The notes under the pieces were generated by a model that was given only the letters and a program-made list of their open reading frames with translations, searched no databases and had not been told where the DNA came from. A stretch of DNA of 63,021 nt, the filler included, from Octopus bimaculoides (Eukaryota), in NCBI RefSeq assembly GCF_001194135.2. It is 3 parts of 3 records of this genome, joined end to end, with 100 filler letters (N's around TTAATTAATTAA, not from the genome) between each part and the next. Parts side by side here need not be neighbours in the genome. Positions count along the whole stretch, not along the records: positions 1 to 28,952 come from NC_068990.1; 2 more parts are not named here. One strand, written 5' to 3'. Position numbers and translations under genes: made by a program. Positions 1 to 11,165 of the stretch are shown here, one piece after another. Numbering within the stretch: position 1 is the first letter of the stretch; each line of letters opens with the position of its first letter.

Positions 1-43
<43 letters not shown>

Positions 44-45
<2 letters not shown>

Positions 46-222
46 CGCCATGCTTGATGATCGATAAAGCCACACGTTTTTTTAAAAATGTCTCTATATT
101 TATTTCCTCGTGATTCTTTCTGTTGATGAGCGTTGGCATGAAACGTGAAAGACTTTCTCACTTTCCCGAACGTCAACCTAATACACCTTGCCTTCGTCTT
201 TGTTTCTACTGTCAATTTCACA
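44..222 (+). mobile_element. Penelope-like element terminal (pLTR-like) fragment with degenerate hammerhead-like motif
   Basis: CTGTTGATGAGCGTTGGCATGAAACGTGAAAGACT (120-154) is homologous to the minus-strand copy at 29236-29365. TGANGAG...GAAAC is typical of Penelope ends. Confidence 0.45.
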
Positions 223-1439
223 TACATACATACATATAATATAATAATCTGCACACATTAAGAAAAAAGATAAAATTGTTTGAAGAATAAATATCTTACA
301 TCCGCTCTCCGCATGAAAAACAATTGTTTTCAGTGGCTATTTTCATGTAAGCTGCCAGCTGTTAGCAAATATGTATTGCGCATAAACTGACTACCTATCG
401 GGTTGTAAACTAGTAACCAATCGATTTGGCTAAACGACTCTTTCTCATAAATTCATACTTTAGCAAGTGAAATTACAAATATCATATGCAGTTGTTTACA
501 GATAAACATTCATAAAGAAAGATACAATAATACCAATTGTAAAAAACATTGTGTAAGAAGACACTCATCAATATTGTTATGAAATGAAAATGTACCTCAA
601 TGCGATATATTTAAGATTGGTGAAATTCATTGAAATATATGATAATCATTTGGCAATATATAACGCACGTATGGATGCGAACTTACACTCATCACTCACA
701 TACCACATACATACACGCTCATGAGCGCGCACATATACGCAGACAGAATTACATATCAATAGAGAAAGCGAGAAATATTTCATTTCGATATTTATATCGG
801 GTTTTCTAACAGAAATAGCCTAAGTATGAAAGTAGCTACTCAATCACAATAAATCAACATGAAATTTGGAGAATTTCCTAAAAACAAAAGCATTCATTGA
901 ATATGAAGTTCTTTCTTTTTCTTTTTAATTCAATAACACCAGAAGAATATAGAAGAGCCGAGAGACAATGCAATATGAAACTAAAGTATTTATATCAGTA
1001 AATAAGTCTCCACTAATTTCTCAACTGAAGTTCATTTGTGATTATATTTCTCTTTACAATAAGTACCATTAATAAAATGTAGATTTAGCAAACCACTGTT
1101 ATTCTATACACTTAAAGTCGACCAAGGTATTTCTATGTTCAAATCAGATAATCTAAAAACAATAAGTAATTTCTTGACGAATCAAGCCTGGATCTCGGCT
1201 ATTGTATGTTCCCTTAAGTCTTTTTTAAAAGTTAACAATATAACGAGCCTCACAGTATCGTCGCCGAAATACTTGTCATCCGTGCTTGGACGATTCATTA
1301 ATTGCAAATGCTAGAAATTTTGATGACACAGTCAGCTTCCGGCTACCGGTGAGTTCAGCTCACTACAAGAATTTCGACTAAGGCAATTTTAATTCACTTT
1401 TTGCAGGCACAGATAATTAAAGAATATCAAAGACAGACT

Positions 1440-1700
1440 AATACATATTCATCCACTCTTTGATCAATGCATCTTTCAGCTGTTGCAATCAGAGTAATTT
1501 TCAAGAACTTCCCACATAAACATTTATGAACATGCTACTGTAGTTGTTTTTTAGAATGCGACGTTGACCAATTCTGTGCGTTCTTTTCCAAGCTTTTCAT
1601 ACCTTACTTGTGTATTATGACGCACTATTTCAGCTTTTTTACCAAGATAATCTTTGGAAGAGACAGGTAATAGACGTCTTTCAAGTATTGCTCAAGGGTT
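1440..1700 (-). mobile_element. Tc1-like transposase C-terminal remnant
   Basis: Manual minus-strand translation across frameshifts gives KNAQNW..., FMWEVLEN and LQQLKDALIKEW, resembling the Tc1 C-terminal helix. Confidence 0.45.
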
Positions 1701-1747
1701 TGCGCTAATCAAATGATTTTCTACAAAAAACAAACCACGCTCCGTTT

Positions 1748-1940
1748 AATAATAATAATCCTTTCTACTATAGGCACAGGGCCTAAAATTTGGGGTAGGG
1801 GACTAATCAATTATATCGAACCCCAGTATTTCACAAGCAAAGTCGACTTCGGAGGATTTTGAACTCAGAACGTAGTGGCAGACGAAATACCGCTCAGCAT
1901 TTTGCTCGGCGTGCTAACGATTCTACCTGTTTGTTGCCTT
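1748..1940 (-). mobile_element. tRNA-derived SINE family A copy with internal deletion
   Basis: Reverse complement carries A-box-like TAGAATCGTTAGCACGCC, B-box GAGTTCAAAATCC, GTCGACTTTGC and an (ATT)n tail. The central GCCTTTCATCCTTTCGGGGTCGATAAA block is missing. Confidence 0.8.
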
Positions 1941-1944
1941 TCTA

Positions 1945-1982
1945 TGATGATGATGATGATGATGATGATGAGGATGATGATG

Positions 1983-2043
<61 letters not shown>

Positions 2044-2059
2044 TAATAATAATAATAAT
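1945..2059. repeat. (GAT)n-(AAT)n compound microsatellite
   Basis: Directly visible. Confidence 0.95.
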
Positions 2060-2060
2060 T

Positions 2061-2747
2061 GGGACCTATATACACTGGAAGCTATGCCAACACTATGAAA
2101 TAACAACAGAAAAAAGATGGTATAAACACACGCCAGAAAAGGTCACAGAAAACGAGAAAGCAACCATACTCTGGGATATGCCAATACACACAGATAGAGA
2201 AATTAAGGTAAATAGACCAGATATAGTTGTCAAAGATCATGAAGAAAAAAATGCTTTCTAATTGATGTATCAATACCAGCAGATGACAACGTTTCCCTAA
2301 AAGAAATGGAAAANNNNNNNNNNNNNNNNNNNNNNNNNNNNNNNNNNNNNNNNNNNNNNNNNNNNNNNNNNNNNNNNNNNNNNNNNNNNNNNNNNNNNNN
2401 NNNNNNNNNNNNNNNNNNNNNNNNNNNNNNNNNNNNNNNNNNNNNNNNNNNNNNNNNNNNNNNNNNNNNNNNNNNNNNNNNNNNNNNNNNNNNNNNNNNN
2501 NNNNNNNNNNNNNNNNNNNNNNNNNNNNNNNNNNNNNNNNNNNNNNNNNNNNNNNNNNNNNNNNNNNNNNNNNNNNNNNNNNNCATACAGAAAATTGCAC
2601 TACTGGGTACTGCACACGTTCTACGCAAAACACTTTCAATACAGTAAACATAAGAGCACCACAGCAAACCACAGCACATACCCAAGGCGCACAGAGCTGC
2701 GCTCGGTAGTGAAGTGAAAGCACGTTATAAAAATAAAACTATTGAAC
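2061..2747 (+). mobile_element. 5'-truncated RLE-type non-LTR retrotransposon (R4/Dong-like): endonuclease domain and 3' UTR
   Basis: IHWKLCQHY...WYKHTPEKVTENEKATILWDMPIHTDREIKVNRPDIVVKD...(frameshift)LIDVSIP...(gap)...IQKIALLGTAHVLRKTLSIQ* with stop at 2645-2647. RPDIVV is the PD-(D/E)xK restriction-like endonuclease motif. Flanked by (AAT)n on both sides. Confidence 0.85.
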
Positions 2748-2766
2748 AATAATAATAATAATAATG

Positions 2767-2833
<67 letters not shown>
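2748..2833. repeat. (AAT)n microsatellite
   Basis: Directly visible. Confidence 0.95.
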
Positions 2834-2835
<2 letters not shown>

Positions 2836-2837
2836 GA

Positions 2838-3105
2838 TGGGCTACAACAAATATTCTGCTCAATAACACAAATTTTCTCCTCAGATATTTGACCATAAGA
2901 AGTTGAGCATGCCCCTTAGTGGCTGACGCTATGTACATCTCTGTAGACGTTCATCCCTGAGAGGTACCTGTTTGAGACCAGGGATTTCTAGGTGCCATTC
3001 GTAGAAGTCCCCATCCTGAAAAGCCTCCGAAACAGACCAGCTAGTTCGACCACGTCGACGCCTAGAGCTTCCCCGAGAATGTCCTCGCTGTTACCAACCA
3101 TTAGA
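2838..3105 (-). mobile_element. Tx1/L1-like LINE ORF2 C-terminal fragment, degenerate
   Basis: Minus frame DILGEALGVDVVELAGLFRRLF...*KSLVSNRYLSGMNVYRDVHSVSH*GACSTSYGQ resembles the zinc-finger region after RT in Tx1-type ORF2. It is GC-richer than its flanks. Confidence 0.45.
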
Positions 3106-3962
3106 TCTCTCTATATATTTAAAATTAAACTTCCAACGAGCGTATTGCCCGACTGTTAGAGGGCCATGAGCGACATTCCAGAAGTTAGGCACTGCTTGGG
3201 AGGAAAGCAGTAATAATTATTTCAAATGAGAAACACCAGTTAATCCCACAGAAAATGACAGGGAAACTGTAACTTGCTGGTTAACAACATTTTTACCGTT
3301 CTGTCATGGAGGTAATTGTACTATCCACGACATTTTTACTCATTCCGTTAGAGTCTCTGAAAATTGTGGTAAGACGGGTAGAATTAACTCCAAACCGATG
3401 GCCTTCTTCCAATGCCTGCAACAAAATGAATTCTGCCTGAAGCACCCAAATACCACGTGGTAGTGTTAAACTGAGCGATAATACAAGACGACTCTTTATA
3501 TAGAAAGCAATAACATCAAACTAGAGTATCAGAAAGGAATGTGTCGCTGTAAAGGATTGCTAGAATAACAAAACAAATCTTAATAGGCATTGTGGTAATA
3601 CGATTACTGAAATGCATTTGCTAATATTTATCATACGCTTGGATAGTGGAAACACTCTGTCTAAACAAACCAGCTGCAATACTAATACGGTAGATTAACC
3701 AACACATGTGAAAATGGAAAACAACCATATCACTACAAGGCAAAAAAATAGGAGAAAAGATAATTAAAACTATCTTTATGGCCATAAGAAGAGAAATCTT
3801 CTCGGGCGAGTCTTTATCCTCTCCATTATTGTGCTTAATAAGGAGCTTTTATCACGAAATAACTTTTCTGGTTTATATTAATAATATATATTTGGTTTCT
3901 ACTTTTATTCCCTTCCATACCATCACACGGCACATTTACACGAGGATAATAAAATATAAAGA

Positions 3963-3963
<1 letters not shown>

Positions 3964-4035
<72 letters not shown>

Positions 4036-4069
4036 TGTTTATATGTGTATTTCTTTCTCTCTTCTACCT

Positions 4070-4103
<34 letters not shown>

Positions 4104-4195
4104 AGGAAAAGAGAGAAAGAAATACACACACATATATATGCCTATACATACATACATACATACATACATACATGCATATATATATATGTCTGTGG

Positions 4196-4237
<42 letters not shown>

Positions 4238-4240
4238 GTA
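3964..4240. repeat. Compound (TA)n/(TG)n/(TACA)n microsatellite block
   Basis: Directly visible; source of the ORFs at 3778-4272. Confidence 0.95.
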
Positions 4241-4312
4241 CCAACACTGATATATTAACAATTCACGAATAAATGAAAAATAAATATACATTTTAAAACA
4301 AAACTAGGAATT

Positions 4313-5090
4313 ATGAAAGTAAACTGTATCCCAAGAAAAATATCCAAAGGGAGATTCCTTTTCCCATTTCTTTTCTATATTAAGCTAACACCTATAACAA
4401 ACGTTAATCGAAATAGGCGTCATATTATGGATGGACAATCACCCACTTTTTTCTTTGCGAATGATATTAAGATGAAAACAAGCAGAAGCACAGAAACGGA
4501 GAGAGTATGGATTCATTAGAATAAACTAAAACACTGAGTTTAGAAACACGCTCGGAGTCAATGTTGAAATTAGAGGAATAGCAAAAATGAGAGGCTCAGA
4601 CTTACACATATTAAATAATTAATGAATTAGATATAATGTAACGTACACAAGTGGAAAAGAAATCCTTGGAAGGAATATGAAATTACAATATATTAATACC
4701 TAATACGGCACTGAATATTAAAAATGAAATTACATGCATGAATATGCCACCTGGTTGTTCCAATAAAAGTAATAGATAAAATATTCTCGATCGTAAATTA
4801 TCAAGAAACCGAGAAATCGAATGACTGCATTGAGAATAAATCTCTTAAAGCCTGACATAGACATGATATATTTACACTAATAGAAGGAAGTGGGAGGGAC
4901 TGACTTCTGGAACTAGGCAACTATTATAAAATATCAACTCTAGTAAGGTAAAAAAAAACTTAGTAAATAATAAGTGGAAAAATATATAAACAGATACATA
5001 AGAGCAAAAAATTTGACAGAATACGTAACAGGTAAAGAAAACAAAATATTCCATCAAATATTAAAATTATAAAAAAAACAATCAACTAGA
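4313..5090 (+). mobile_element. Highly degenerate RLE-type LINE reverse transcriptase remnant
   Basis: ISKGRFLFPFLFYIKLTP...TFFFANDIKM resembles QGD.LSPLLF...FMDDLKL. The downstream KPDIDMIYLH..KEVGG resembles KAD.DRLYLPR.EGGRGL. A-rich sense strand. Confidence 0.55.
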
Positions 5091-5362
5091 TTATGACTGG
5101 AAGATAGCAGTTTACTCAAAGTAGCCGCCCTCAGCCTCCACCACACCCCACGCCCCCACAACGGCTCCGGAACCTGGCACATGCATTTATCTTTGTATTC
5201 TTGGATAAACCTTTGAACACCTTCTTGATATTTGCCACCAGCCCGGCCTTAATGTTGCAGGCAAAGCAGTTGATGTGTTTCTAGACCGCTCCCCCGGAAG
5301 AATTAGGTGTCAAGATTTGGGGGTAGTGAAATCGAAGAAAATTCTTCGACCGCCATTTCTGA

Positions 5363-5492
5363 CTCTCTCTCTCTCTCACTCTCTCCCTCTCTCGGTAGAT
5401 TCATATCAGAATATCCTATGGCCACACGTGGCTGGAAAGGGTTGCTACACAAAGGTCATACGTGTGGCCGTAGGATATTCTGATATGAATCT

Positions 5493-5530
<38 letters not shown>
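5363..5530. repeat. Foldback hairpin: 37-bp inverted arms (5393-5429 / 5460-5496), 30-nt loop, extended by (CT)n and (GA)n flanks
   Basis: The left arm CGGTAGATTCATATCAGAATATCCTATGGCCACACGT is the reverse complement of 5460-5496 except T5419/G5470. Confidence 0.95.
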
Positions 5531-5549
<19 letters not shown>

Positions 5550-5989
5550 GAGAGAGAATTTCACATCAATTATTTCTAAAGAGTGCGTAGGCTTTCTGTA
5601 TCTCTGCTTCTGCATGCTTCATACATATATAAATGTGTATGTATGTTTGATTAATGAGAAACGGAAGATGGAAGATACGAGAATGTTTGTTAATCACTAC
5701 AACTGTTTCGACCCATCTACTATCGATCCCTTAGGAGTTAGAGGCTTAAAAACTGTTCCAGGAGTATCCGACGGTGCTTATGTGTCTCTTCGTGTGAGAA
5801 ATATCCATAACTCTTTCAAAAAACAGTTAGGCGTAACAAAATAACACACACCCACACACTCACACACCCACACCCACACACCCACACACCCACACAGCAG
5901 TAGTACTAAAGGACGGTATTAAATTGTGGAGGAGAAACAACAACAACGAAAAAAGAGTTTTAAGAAACGAAAACAGAATAGAAACGGAC

Positions 5990-6290
5990 ATAGACATTGG
6001 TTCCTCGGTGTCAAGTACTCAGCATTGTATTTTTGATGTTTTTGGACATCATTCATAAAAAATGGCAATGTCAAACACTGGAACTGGAAGTGCCAACTCA
6101 GAAATGTTCAAGAACTAAAAAATTAGCCGAGAAAAGCCAGAAAGAAGGTGTGTATAAAAATACATGCCTGTTTCACGTTTGGATGCGAGGTTTTATACAT
6201 ACATAGGGCAGCGATATCAAATTCTCTTATACACCAGATGTGCCATCAAAACTCTTGATTGGACCATATCAGGTGGGGGAGAAGAGCCAT
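5990..6290 (+). mobile_element. Possible RTE-like LINE post-RT remnant
   Basis: Weak similarity across frameshifts (FLGVKYS..., KN*KISRE...). Low certainty. Confidence 0.3.
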
Positions 6291-6294
6291 GCAA

Positions 6295-6350
6295 GGAACG
6301 GTGGTGCTCCAGCATGACCGCAGCCACTTGGCTGAAATCCATAAATTAAT
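6295..6350 (+). mobile_element. SINE family B 3' end
   Basis: GGTGCTCCAGCATGACCGCAGCC...GGCTGAAA matches the 3' end of the full copy at 49260-49300. Confidence 0.7.
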
Positions 6351-6507
6351 AAATAAATAAATAAATAAATACATACATACATACATATATATATATATNN
6401 NNNNNNNNNNNNNNNNNNNNNNNNNNNNNNNNNNNNNNNNNNNNNNNNNNNNNNNNNNNNNNNNNNNNNNNNNNNNNNNNNNNNNNNNNNNNNNNNNNNN
6501 NNNTGCG

Positions 6508-6807
6508 TAAGGCCAGAATAATGCGAAGTAAATGCAAGGCATATCACAAGGCAGCAAATATATGAATTAATGCAGACTTATCTTGCATTCAATATTTCGG
6601 GGTTATGCCCCCATTTTCAAGAAATTAACGAATGTTGCCGATGTGCGCGTGTGTGAGCTCAAATACACGCACGTAGGCAACATTCGTTAATTTCTTGAAA
6701 ATGGGGTCATAACCCCGAAATATTGAATGCAAGATAAGTCTGCATTAATTCATATATTTGCTGCCTTGTGATTTGCCTTGCATTCACTTCGCATCGTTCT
6801 GGCCTTA
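6508..6807. repeat. 300-bp near-perfect palindrome (foldback/MITE-like): 132-bp arms with 5 mismatches
   Basis: 6508-6639 versus the reverse complement of 6676-6807 differs only at 6519, 6520, 6530, 6542 and 6608. The 36-nt spacer also pairs partly. Both ends terminate in TA. Confidence 0.95.
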
Positions 6808-7275
6808 TCCACCATCCTTTATACAATATATTTTACACAAAGCTTCATACTCATTGTTTTATTATAATATGTATATGTATATATATATATATATACATAC
6901 ATACATACATACACACATAAATATATATACATACATATGGGTATATATATATATGCAATATAATATGTGACAATTATTCGGATGCCATAATAAAACTCCG
7001 AGTTTCGGATATCGAGGCGGAAATCTGCTCCGGCATTTCCTCAGTTATTAATACAAACAAAATGCTATGAAAATGACCGTTATTAAGACAAACAAAAGAG
7101 CTATTAGAATAACCGTTAAATGAAGGGAAAAACCCAGAAGGGGAGAAAGTAAAAGCGCTCATAGAATTTGCGTATGCGCACATTTACATACATACACATG
7201 CGCGCACGCACACCCATGTACACGTGCATATATGTATATGCTCACTCACACTCGTGTGAAACAAATACCTGCATC

Positions 7276-7316
<41 letters not shown>

Positions 7317-8199
7317 AGACAAAGTGTACGTTTGCCGCTAAATATATATATNNNNNNNNNNNNNNNNNNNNNNNNNNNNNNNNNNNNNNNNNNNNNNNNN
7401 NNNNNNNNNNNNNNNNNNNNNNNNNNNNNNNNNNNNNNNNNNNNNNNNNNNNNNNNNNNNNNNNNNNNNNNNNNNNNNNNNNNNNNNNNNNNNNNNNNNN
7501 NNNNNNNNNNNNNNNNNNNNNNNNNNNNNNNNNNNNNNNNNNNNNNNNNNNNNNNNNNNNNNNNNNNNNNNNNNNNNNNNNNNNNNNNNNNNNNNNNNNN
7601 NNNNNNNNNNNNNNNNNNNNNNNNNNNNNATGCTACACAAATACAATAAAAATAATAAAACAGAACATAACAACAGATATATATATATATATATCAGAAA
7701 CACTTCCCTTATACATTTAAACCCCTAAGTATTGATAAGGAGGGCGGTGTTTGCCTATGCTTCTTTGGCAATGTTCAATAATTATTATACGTATCCGTTG
7801 CAGCTATTGTTCCCCAAACGTATTTTCCTTTAAGCTTCATAATGAAGTATTTTATAATTAAACCCTTAATTTGTTGAAATCACTTTCCCTTTCGTCATGA
7901 GTTACAAGCGCATACCGTCAGGTTTAGCTTTTCTTTTTCCTCAACTAAGAGGAAAATTTCAAGTCATTAAAAGATATATGATCCTGTCATTCTCAATAAC
8001 TCTATATCCATACATGCATGCCATTATCTACGTACAAGGAATTTTTACAACATATACGAACATTGTATCTACGCCAAGTTACAACAACAACAACAACAAC
8101 AGCAACTACCGCTGCTGCTACTACTACTACAACTAGAAGGAAGACGGCTAATCACTTGGTAGATAATGGTATTATGTCAGCTGCCTCTGTGATCATCAC

Positions 8200-9990
8200 G
8201 TACTTATTTGTCTTTTCTTTCCCATTGCCATGTCTCTGTCTTTCTCTCTTTCTCATTCATATTTGTCAATATGAGCCACCTTTTGCTTCGTCGACTTTCT
8301 GAACCTCTTCCTTCTTCCCTATCTCTTTCCACCCTCTTCCTTCACCTTTCTTTCTTTCTTGTCCAACAATGCCAAAATTTAATTCTACAACTTAATTCAT
8401 CGACTCTCTCTCACTCTCCTCATAGCCAACGTGGTCATGTCATTTTTAAATATCTATCCCCCCCTCTCTCTTTCTCTTCTTTTTCCAACGTCTTCTATCC
8501 TTCATTTATCTCCCCTCACTGTCTTTTATTAGCTCTCTCTCTTTCTCTCCCCACTTTAGTATCTTTCTCTTTTCCACATACATAAACACACTAATTTCCC
8601 TTCATGTGTACATATTACACTCTGTTCATTCTTATTCGATTGTCTTTCCCTCTCTTCTTTTTCTCTCACTCTGTCTCTTTCTCTCTTCCTCTCTTCCGCC
8701 TCTCTTTCTCTTACTCTTTCACCCTCTCTCTCTCCTTTTTCTCCTAGTGATACGTACATCATTACTTCATTGCTTTTACTCTCTCTCCCTCTCTCTTTCT
8801 AGCATGCCTGTCCATGTCTGTAACTTCAGCGAGTGACGTCTCTTTTCTCCTGCTGCACCGTTTCGCTTTCACTCTTTTACTCCCACAACTTACTCTCTCT
8901 CTCTCTCTCTCTATCTCTAAGCACTCTAAACTCTCTATCTCTAAACACTTACACACACATACACGCACACATATATATATACATGCATACACACACACAG
9001 AGACACAGTCACACACTCACGCAATCATACTTTCTCTTTCTTCGTTTCTTTCTTTCCTTCTTTTCCTCTCGGCCTTTCACAGAAACACTGCCCCCCGCCC
9101 CTCCACCGCACACACTACACGTTTATTCTATCCTCTTCCTTTTTCTCTCTTTCTCATATTCATTTCCTGCTCACATTTCTTCACCAACTTCTTCCTTTTC
9201 TTTCTCCTTTCTCCCATTCTCACTTTACGCTCAGTCTGTTTTGACACAGTAATATAACTTCGAAACCCTCCTCCTCCATCTCCTCTTCCTTCTCCCCTCC
9301 TCGTCCTCCCCTTCTCTTCCTCCCCCTCTTTCCTTCCTTCTCTATTCTTCGTTATTTTGTCTCGGTGCTGAAGCCCACAGCGACTCCTCGTCACAATCAC
9401 CACCTCATCATCATCAATTTCCTAATATTATTATTAGTTCCTCCGCCTTACCCTCCCTCTTAACCCCCATGCCCTTTCTCTTCCTTCTTCACATGCTTCC
9501 ATCCTCCTACTTCCTTCTTTTCCTCTGGTCACACTTCTATCCTCATACCACCTCTCATTACGCCTAAATATTCCTACCCCTTCATTTCCTCCTCCATCAC
9601 TTCTATCATTACCACATTCACCACTACCTCTACCATTCCTCAAGGTGCCACCCCCACTGCCACCCTGCCTTTTAATATAACCACCACACTCCTCTCCGCT
9701 TTTCTTCCTTGCTCTTCCTTCTATGGTTTTCAAAAGCATCGTTCCTTACTCTCAACTATCTTCTCTCTCCTTTAAATACTCGCCTCCCACTCTTCAAACA
9801 CCACCACCACCACCACCACCTCTTACAACATCAACATCACCGTCGCCATCACGATAGCGATCCTCTGCCTTCATCTCTAACACTAATAATCCCGCCACAA
9901 TCTCTCTCTCACCCACTCACATGCACACACCACTAGCACACGCATCTTCTCTCTCTATCGCTCTTTCTGTCTCTATCTTTGACTCGCCGT
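8200..9990 (+). other. About 1.8-kb polypyrimidine-biased low-complexity tract with CT, CCT and CAC runs
   Basis: Strong C+T bias on the + strand throughout, with no credible ORF. Confidence 0.8.
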
Positions 9991-10572
9991 TTCTATCTCA
10001 ACAATAACCAGACTTCTCGATTGCAGATCTATCGATTATAGTAGAGAAATAAATGTCCGTTGTGTTGTATATTTGTATTCCTTTGCTGCTTTTCTCATAA
10101 TTATTCAACCAGCTTGCTGCTAGTGGCGCTGATATTAATTTTAACTACAAGTTTCGCTATCTTTAACGTAAATGTCTGTTGATGCTACTGTGTAGTAGTG
10201 GTTAGCGTGTATTGTTTGGTGTCCATATTTTTTCCAACGTTGGGTAAATCCTGATCGGGCTAAGCACTGATAGAATATGTGCCAGCCGTGTCCAAACGTC
10301 GACATATTTTTAGACTACTCCGAACTATATTATTCATTATATACGTGTATTTTTATACGTGTATTTGCTATACATTCTTGCTATATTCTTTATATTTTAA
10401 GAGGGATTCAGCTCATAACTTTGCAGGTCGAAAGACGATGTACCGATGTCATCATGTTACTATTGTTTGCTTGTTATTACTATTTATAAAGTAATTTCTG
10501 ATGGCGGGATTGTTATGAGTCGTTTACGTGACGGTTGGAATGATGCTGTGCTACTAGTATTTATATTAAATA

Positions 10573-10778
10573 ATGCCGGGGCGCCAGCAGAATCTTTAGC
10601 ACGTCGGACAATGTTTTGTCCTTCTTCACGTTCAAATTGTGCTGAGGTCGACTTTGCCCTTCATCCTTTCGGGGTTGATATAAATAAGTAACAGTTAAGC
10701 ATTCGGGTCAATGTAATCGACTAAACCCTTAGCCTAAAATTGCTGGCCTTGTTCCAAAATTCGTAACAATTATTATTT
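10573..10778 (+). mobile_element. SINE family A copy (tandem cluster 1/3)
   Basis: CAGCAGAATCTTTAGCACG...GTTCAAATT...GAGGTCGACTTTGCCCTTCATCCTTTCGGGGTTGATA...GGCCTTGTTCCAAAAT. Confidence 0.85.
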
Positions 10779-10790
10779 ACATCAATTAAT

Positions 10791-11000
10791 GTCGGCGAGG
10801 TGGCAGAATCGTTACCAGGTCGGACAAAATGCTTAGCAGTATTTGGTATTCTGAGTTGAAACGGATCAGGAGTCGATCTTGCCTTTCATCCTTTCAGAAT
10901 CGATAAAATAAGTACCATCTGAGCACAAGGATAGATATAATCGATTCCCTCTCTAAAAAATTACTGACCTTCTACCAAAATTAGAAAGATTTATTAATAT
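10791..11000 (+). mobile_element. SINE family A copy (tandem cluster 2/3)
   Basis: GGCGAGGTGGCAGAATCGTTA...GCCTTTCATCCTTTCAGAATCGATAAAATAAGTACC. Confidence 0.85.
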
Positions 11001-11006
11001 TAGCTA

Positions 11007-11165
11007 AAACAGTGAGCTGGTAGAATAATTAACACGTCTGATGAAATCTTTCGCAGTATTTCTGACTCTATGTTCTGAGCTCAAATACTGCCGAGGCTAA
11101 CATTCAAACTTTCGAGCTCACAGAAATAAGGACCAGTTGTTAAGCACAAGGGCCGATGTAACTAG
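11007..11165 (+). mobile_element. SINE family A copy (tandem cluster 3/3), more diverged
   Basis: GTGAGCTGGTAGAAT...TTCTGAGCTCAAATACTGCCGAGG...AAATAAGGACCAGTT. Confidence 0.75.

Noticed and set aside
1875-2261. 128-aa ORF with poly-M and poly-I runs
   Set aside because: A chimera of a SINE reverse strand, a microsatellite and a LINE fragment.
3302-3325. Partial matches to conserved miRNAs (TGTCATGGAG here, CATGGAGTTGCTC near 20304, AATTGCACTT at 22220)
   Set aside because: The matches stop after 10-13 nt and there is no precursor hairpin.
8208-8585. ORFs in the CT-rich block (MSHLLLRRLSEP...)
   Set aside because: S/L/F-rich translation of low-complexity DNA, with no domain or convincing splice structure.
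9709-9936. Poly-His ORF suggestive of a transcription factor
   Set aside because: A short CAC repeat with no recognisable homeobox or other domain nearby.
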